Made by a program: the position numbers and the translations under genes. Of a DNA stretch of 64,000 nucleotides, positions 59,269 through 64,000 are shown piece after piece. Origin of the DNA: Methanomassiliicoccales archaeon (lineage in GTDB: Archaea; Thermoplasmatota; Thermoplasmata; Methanomassiliicoccales; JACIVX01); contig JARYLV010000003.1 in the NCBI GenBank assembly GCA_029907465.1, positions 3,871-67,870 of the forward strand. Reading direction: 5' to 3'. Numbering within the stretch: position 1 is the stretch's first letter; each line of letters opens with the position of its first letter. The notes below the pieces were generated by a model. It was not told the DNA's origin, searched no databases, and saw nothing but the letters and a program-made list of their open reading frames with translations.

Positions 59269-59706
59269 TCACAAGCGCTTTGAAATTGCGATGAAAGTGA
59301 GTCGAGTTGCCTCCCTAACAAACTCTGTACATCTGCGTTTGTGCTGACTTGTAATGAAATCACTGAAATTGAGCTCGCGGCATTGAGTTCCGCCGAAACG
59401 CTTCGAAAATTCATCGTGAAGCTCTCTCGCAGCCATATAACTCCTGAACTTGTCATCGAAATGTTCAGTTCTCCCTAGTATTGCACCAATCGCAATGACA
59501 CCACCAGACAACGCTCCGCAAACATTTTCTGCACGACCCATGCCTCCTCCGAGGGGGGTTGCCATCATTTTTGCAATGGGCGGAAGATCGATTCCAAATC
59601 CGAAACAAACTCCTCTCAACACAGACTCAGCGCAATTAAATCCCTTTGACCAACAGTCCATCGCATGATTCACGCTTGCGTTTTCATCCAGCAATAAGAT
59701 CACCAA
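59269..59706 (-). CDS. C_GCAxxG_C_C family protein
   Basis: Family motifs NCAES, VCGALSGG and C..L are present. The start is TTG 59706 or ATG 59661. Confidence 0.8.
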   Translation of the reverse strand: MVILLLDENASVNHAMDCWSKGFNCAESVLRGVCFGFGIDLPPIAKMMATPLGGGMGRAENVCGALSGGVIAIGAILGRTEHFDDKFRSYMAARELHDEFSKRFGGTQCRELNFSDFITSQHKRRCTEFVREATRLTFIAISKRL

Positions 59707-60115
59707 TCCGGTTGGCCTAGAAAATACTTCTTCATATATCCATTTGATGCCGTTTCATTGATTTTCATCATGTAGTCGATTCCTATTTGGTGCAGTTTGA
59801 GGACGGTGGATTTCTGCCACGTGAACTTCCTTCTATGAGAAAATCAACCACCAAGTATCAAATCTTCCCAGACGGTATATTGTACTGTTTAAATGAGACG
59901 GCGCTTGAAGACAATTTTCAATTTGAATTCCAAAAAGACAACTACAGCACTATTAACTTAAACCTCAATTCATATTTCCTTTGTAGGTCATTCACGCATG
60001 GTAATCCGAGGCGGAAATGCTAGATAACGCAAAACTCTCAGAACATGGGGATTGACATGACTTAATACTCATCATACCGCTGGGCTTGAACTCGCGCTAG
60101 GGGGAGAGCGGGACA

Positions 60116-60586
60116 ATGCAATCGGAAAGTTTTGCTTTAGAAAAGGGATGCACATATATCATCAAGGAGAAGGTGCCGAATAAAGCGTACAGCATCTTCT
60201 CTGACGCAATCAATCGAGGAGCGCGTGGACTAATCGTCACTAGATCCTATCCTCCAAAGCTTAAGAAAAAATATGAAATTCGCAACTCAATGATTTACTG
60301 GCTTACAAATGTCGGAATGGATAATGCAATTAGACCGAAAGATCTTGAAGAACTGAGCTTCAAGCTCGAGAAATTCATATCGACGAATGAGAGCGCTCTC
60401 GTTATCATAGATGGCCTCGAATATATGATTACAAACAATGATTTCACAACAGTTCTCAAATTCGTCCAATCGCTGAGGGATCAGGTCGCCATAAAAAACG
60501 CAGTTCTACTCATCTCCTTTAATCCGTTAACGGTTGAGCCACATAACCTCAAACTCCTCGAGGAAGAGGCGGATTATGTCATCTAA
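60116..60586 (+). CDS. stand-alone DUF835 domain protein
   Basis: The sequence reads GARGLIVTRSYPPKLKKKY...IIDGLEYMITNNDFTTVLKFVQSLRDQVAIKNAVLL. It is a close paralogue of the C-terminal half of the 8503-9453 protein. Confidence 0.75.
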   Translation: MQSESFALEKGCTYIIKEKVPNKAYSIFSDAINRGARGLIVTRSYPPKLKKKYEIRNSMIYWLTNVGMDNAIRPKDLEELSFKLEKFISTNESALVIIDGLEYMITNNDFTTVLKFVQSLRDQVAIKNAVLLISFNPLTVEPHNLKLLEEEADYVI

Positions 60587-60737
60587 ATCCTCAGTCTAAA
60601 AATACATGTGGACTTAGAATTTGAAAAGAAAATAATGAGACTTTTTGGACATCTAGAGGTCCCTTAAGTATATCTCAATTCATTTGTGACCGACATGAGA
60701 ATTCCTTCTTAAGCGTGAAAGATTTTTGTGAGGATTC

Positions 60738-61412
60738 TCAATCAATGCCCAATATTATTCTATGTAGAATGTCGATAGTGATGCCGAGCGTTCTCCCTGC
60801 GTCTTTCAGATGATGATAAATTTCTCGCTTTTTCAGAATCGTAATCGGATCGTTTAAGGCAAAGATGTGCCTCATCGATTCAATGTATATCGATTCAATC
60901 TCACGTTCTCTTTTTCTTATTTCCTGTATCATCGATTCGGATGCTTTCTTGTCGAACTTCATACTATCGATCGCAGCTGAAAGGATTGTTGTACCCTCGC
61001 AGAGAGCCCCTGCCATCTTCATAATCGGTTCATCAACCTTCACACCAAATGCCTTCATTTCCAGGGCTGTCGATAGAGAATAATTTAGTATGTAATCCAT
61101 CTGTCTGGAAATACTATATATATCCTGTCTATCGAATGGTGTCACAAAGGCCTCAAGCAGCTTGCTTTCCATAGCATACCTCATCTGATCGGCCTCCTCT
61201 TCTATGGCTATAAGCGCTTGAGGTTCACGGAGATCGTTTGTTTTAAGCCATTCGAGGAGCGCTTTGACACCCCTTGCTGTTATTTTCGCTTGATCTTGGA
61301 GCATTCCATAAAAGTCGTATCGAGGTGGAAAGATGATGTCAATAAGGCGGGTAGTTCTCGCTTTCTTCCTCTCGCCAACCTTGTTCCTATCAGAGCGATC
61401 GATTGATTTCAT
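60738..61412 (-). CDS. DUF47 (PhoU_div / Pit-accessory) family protein
   Basis: The helical protein contains EEEADQMRY and DRQDIY-type motifs. It lies immediately downstream of the PiT gene. Confidence 0.8.
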   Translation of the reverse strand: MKSIDRSDRNKVGERKKARTTRLIDIIFPPRYDFYGMLQDQAKITARGVKALLEWLKTNDLREPQALIAIEEEADQMRYAMESKLLEAFVTPFDRQDIYSISRQMDYILNYSLSTALEMKAFGVKVDEPIMKMAGALCEGTTILSAAIDSMKFDKKASESMIQEIRKREREIESIYIESMRHIFALNDPITILKKREIYHHLKDAGRTLGITIDILHRIILGID

Positions 61413-61472
61413 GACAGATTCCCCATTTCTGCGCTAATTCGAATCGTTTTCCAGTCTCAAGTATCAGCGTCA

Positions 61473-62513
61473 CTATTTCAAAATGATTGAAAGGATATAA
61501 TAAAGGAATCCTGAGATGAACATTGTGAAGGGCAATGTTATCATCCATGAAACGAAGATTTCCTTCCCAAGGGTCCAGTCGATCATTTTCACATTTTCAG
61601 CAGCTCCGATGCCGATGATACTTGATGAGACGACGTGTGTCGAGGATACGGGAGCTCCCGCGGCCGTCGAAAAAAGGACGGAGGCTGTTGACACCACTTG
61701 GGCATTGAGACTATGAATCGGTTGCAGACGGTAGAGTTTTCCGGCAAGCGTCCTCATGACCTTCCAACCGCCCAGCAGTGTACCGAGGGCCATCGCAGCA
61801 GCGCATGAGATTCTCACAACAAGTGGCAAATCAAAGGCCGTTGCGGTTCCACTCGCCACTAGCACGATCATGATGACAGCGATCTGCTTCTGGGTATCAT
61901 TCGCACCATGACTGAATGATAATAGGCCGGCCGTGACAATCTGAATCTTATTAATGGGCTTGTTGATAACACGCCTCGCATTTCGCAAAAAGATCTTTGA
62001 AGACTTCGTGAGAAGATATCCGCCGATGAGACCGATAAACACGGAAATGGCCATCAAGACAATAATTTTGAGAAGACCAACAACCTCGGGTTGAGGGGCA
62101 AGGACTGTACTCACCCCCCAGTTCACGCTATTTAAGCCTTCGGCAACGACCGCCGCACCAACAAGTCCTCCGATTAAGGCGTGGGTCGACGAAGAGGGAA
62201 GCCCGTATCGAGAGGTTATAAGATTCCATATGAGAGCGCTCAATACTGCAGTAAACGATGAAAGAATGATTGCTTCTGTCGATCTGATGAAAATGAGAGA
62301 TTGAATCGTGTATGCGACTGCGCTACCACCGAGGAGCGCACCAAGAAAATTAGCGATTGATGCGATAATGACCGCTTTAAGTGGAGTGGCAGCCCTGCAC
62401 CCAATCAGCGTTGCGACAGCTGAGCTCACGTCATTGACGCCGTTAGAAAATGCGAAAACGATTGCCGCGATGATGGTAAACGCGATGATCGCTTCAAATG
62501 TTAAGGGATCCAC
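61473..62513 (-). CDS. pit: inorganic phosphate transporter, PiT family
   Basis: Both PHO4 signature repeats are present (NGVNDVSSAVATLIG and HGANDTQK). The protein is polytopic. Confidence 0.9.
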   Translation of the reverse strand: MDPLTFEAIIAFTIIAAIVFAFSNGVNDVSSAVATLIGCRAATPLKAVIIASIANFLGALLGGSAVAYTIQSLIFIRSTEAIILSSFTAVLSALIWNLITSRYGLPSSSTHALIGGLVGAAVVAEGLNSVNWGVSTVLAPQPEVVGLLKIIVLMAISVFIGLIGGYLLTKSSKIFLRNARRVINKPINKIQIVTAGLLSFSHGANDTQKQIAVIMIVLVASGTATAFDLPLVVRISCAAAMALGTLLGGWKVMRTLAGKLYRLQPIHSLNAQVVSTASVLFSTAAGAPVSSTHVVSSSIIGIGAAENVKMIDWTLGKEIFVSWMITLPFTMFISGFLYYILSIILK

Positions 62514-63106
62514 AATAAGCTAAGATACAGAATCAATTATTTCATTGTGAGTCAGTAGATCTTGAATTTTCATATGAACGTGTGGCTAGATAAATTTTCG
62601 CAACCCGATTGGACATTAAACCCCATACGACTCAACGCGGACAACTCTTGATCGCCGATTTTGGATGCGCAAAAATCTTGGCTTGTGGTTCAACAGAGAG
62701 ATGACTTGAGGTCGCCAGAAGAGAGACATTAGCGCCATGATCTAAACATGGCAATTCGAGAACTTACGCGAATCTTTGTTTAATGCAAGAGGAAGAATTA
62801 CGGCCTCACTCCCTCCACGGGCGAAAAATACGACTCAATCAATCAGTTCCAGGCTTTGCCTAATGTTGAGATTAAGTATATACATCATTTTTAGAGCTTC
62901 AGAAATTTTGATTGAGTATTTCCCATCGTTTGATACGATGTTTTTTGGTGCACATTGAATCGAGTTAAAGATTCGTTCTCTGCTAGCTGAGATCAAATAA
63001 CTCGATCCATTTTCTCGATTTGATTATTTGCTTTCCTCGGAATTTGTATCATATGCTCGAACCGGAATACAAATCGACTGGGATTTTTGAATCGTTTATC
63101 CGTTTT

Positions 63107-63122
63107 GGAATCATTTGATTCC
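63107..63122. promoter_or_regulatory. palindromic candidate operator GGAATCA-TT-TGATTCC upstream of amt
   Basis: A perfect 7-bp inverted repeat with a 2-nt spacer lies about 140 nt upstream of the amt start region. Additional GGAAT motifs lie at 63039 and 63064. Confidence 0.3.
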
Positions 63123-63249
63123 GATTGTACAAATGTCTTAAAAATGTTTCTAATATCGATGATTAGTCTATTTACGCAAAGTTATTCTAGTTATTTGTAT
63201 ATCAATATGCAAAATAATGATACAATTGTAGCGAATAAACATTGAAGAG

Positions 63250-64000
63250 GTGAACGAAAGAGATGTTGAAAAGTTCGTTGGGAATCAAATTGGGGTTCCT
63301 TGTCCCCGTGGTCTTGCTTCTATTCACATTGACCTCGGTCAGGTTAGTGCGACGGATGGAAATCAGATTGACAGCGGTGACACGACATGGGTTATCGTAT
63401 CGACTGGTCTTGTTTTCATTATGACCCCCGCAGTTGCGTTCTTCTACGGTGGCATGTTGCGCAAGGCCAACTTTCTCTCGATGCTCGGACAAAGTTTGAT
63501 AATTGTTGGAATCGTGACCTTAATCTGGGTCATTTGCGGGTATTCACTCAGTTTTGGTGCTGACAATTCTGGCTTGATTGGAAATCTGGATCACGCTTTC
63601 CTCAAAGGTGTCGGACTAACACCCAATGAAACAGCTCCGACGATCCCGAGTATCCTGTTCATGATGTTCCAGGGGATGTTCGCTGTAATTACTGTCGCCT
63701 TGATTATCGGTAGCGTAGCAGAAAGAATGAGACTGCTATCTCTAGTCATTTTCATCAGCGTGTGGACGGTCGCTGTCTATGTTCCGGTTGCACACTGGGT
63801 GTGGGGAGGAGGCTGGATATCTGATCTCGGGGCACTCGATTTCGCAGGAGGTACTGTTGTGCACATCACAGCGGGAGTTTCTTCCCTTGCGGCCGTTTTA
63901 GTCCTTGGAAAAAGGATTACAGTTGAAAAAGGATTCCAGTCGCCACCCCACAACATCCCCATGACAGTTCTCGGAGGCGCATTATTATGGATCGGTTGGT
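63250..64000 (+). CDS. amt: ammonium transporter (Amt family), 3'-truncated by the window end, with an unresolved 5' end
   Basis: Hand translation of frame 1 gives IDSGDTTWVIVSTGLVFIMTPAVAFFYGGMLRKAN...DFAGGTVVHITAGVSSLAAVLVLGKR...LLWIGW. It is absent from the ORF track because no stop occurs before the window end. The only in-frame start is GTG 63250. See the findings for the frame discrepancy. Confidence 0.85.
   Translation, partial: MNERDVEKFVGNQIGVPCPRGLASIHIDLGQVSATDGNQIDSGDTTWVIVSTGLVFIMTPAVAFFYGGMLRKANFLSMLGQSLIIVGIVTLIWVICGYSLSFGADNSGLIGNLDHAFLKGVGLTPNETAPTIPSILFMMFQGMFAVITVALIIGSVAERMRLLSLVIFISVWTVAVYVPVAHWVWGGGWISDLGALDFAGGTVVHITAGVSSLAAVLVLGKRITVEKGFQSPPHNIPMTVLGGALLWIGW

Noticed and set aside
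59787-60023. A 78-codon TTG-initiated ORF between the C_GCAxxG_C_C gene and the DUF835 gene
   Set aside because: It has no domain, an unusual composition, a non-ATG start and no obvious Shine-Dalgarno sequence. It may be real, but the sequence alone does not support it.
63202-63492. A 96-codon minus-strand ORF at the amt 5' region
   Set aside because: It is antisense to the clearly homologous Amt coding sequence, so it is a shadow ORF.
1-64000. A search for CRISPR arrays, IS elements or transposases, integrases, restriction-modification, toxin-antitoxin and other defence modules
   Set aside because: I found no regularly spaced direct repeats, no terminal inverted repeats flanking transposase-like ORFs, and no proteins with nuclease, methylase or integrase signatures. 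The window reads as core chromosome.

Overview
The window is a gene-dense (about 90% coding) stretch of archaeal chromosome made up mainly of housekeeping genes. Archaeal markers include a thermosome, archaeal-type PEP carboxylase, type II GAPDH, pyruvoyl arginine decarboxylase, archease, a PAC2 chaperone, an A24 prepilin/preflagellin peptidase and a DapL-route lysine operon. The O6-alkylguanine transferase/endonuclease V fusion, hdrCB and a hydrogenase maturation protease hint at a Thermoplasmata-like euryarchaeon. I cannot confirm the lineage from sequence alone. Main blocks are one tRNA-Gln(CUG), hdrCB, thiL, a lysine operon (lrp-dapA-dapB-lysC-lysA-dapF-dapL), gapII-gapI-pgk, ilvB-ilvN-ilvC, tldD/pmbA/pepQ/nadX, a Lon-like protease, ppcA, PiT plus DUF47, and a 3'-truncated amt. 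I saw no CRISPR array, IS element, integrase, restriction-modification or toxin-antitoxin module. The best lead is a 21-codon Ile/Val-rich ORF (MTTRFDISVISRISAVVIIIS), too short for the ORF track, followed by a hairpin just upstream of ilvB. It looks like a bacterial-style branched-chain amino-acid leader peptide. Other leads are a small Ras-like GTPase coupled to a V4R-DUF835 protein, a frame discrepancy at the amt 5' end, GGAA/TTCC palindromes upstream of amt, and tandem type II and type I GAPDH genes. Many ORF-track entries carry spurious N-terminal extensions, so I give the starts I consider more likely.
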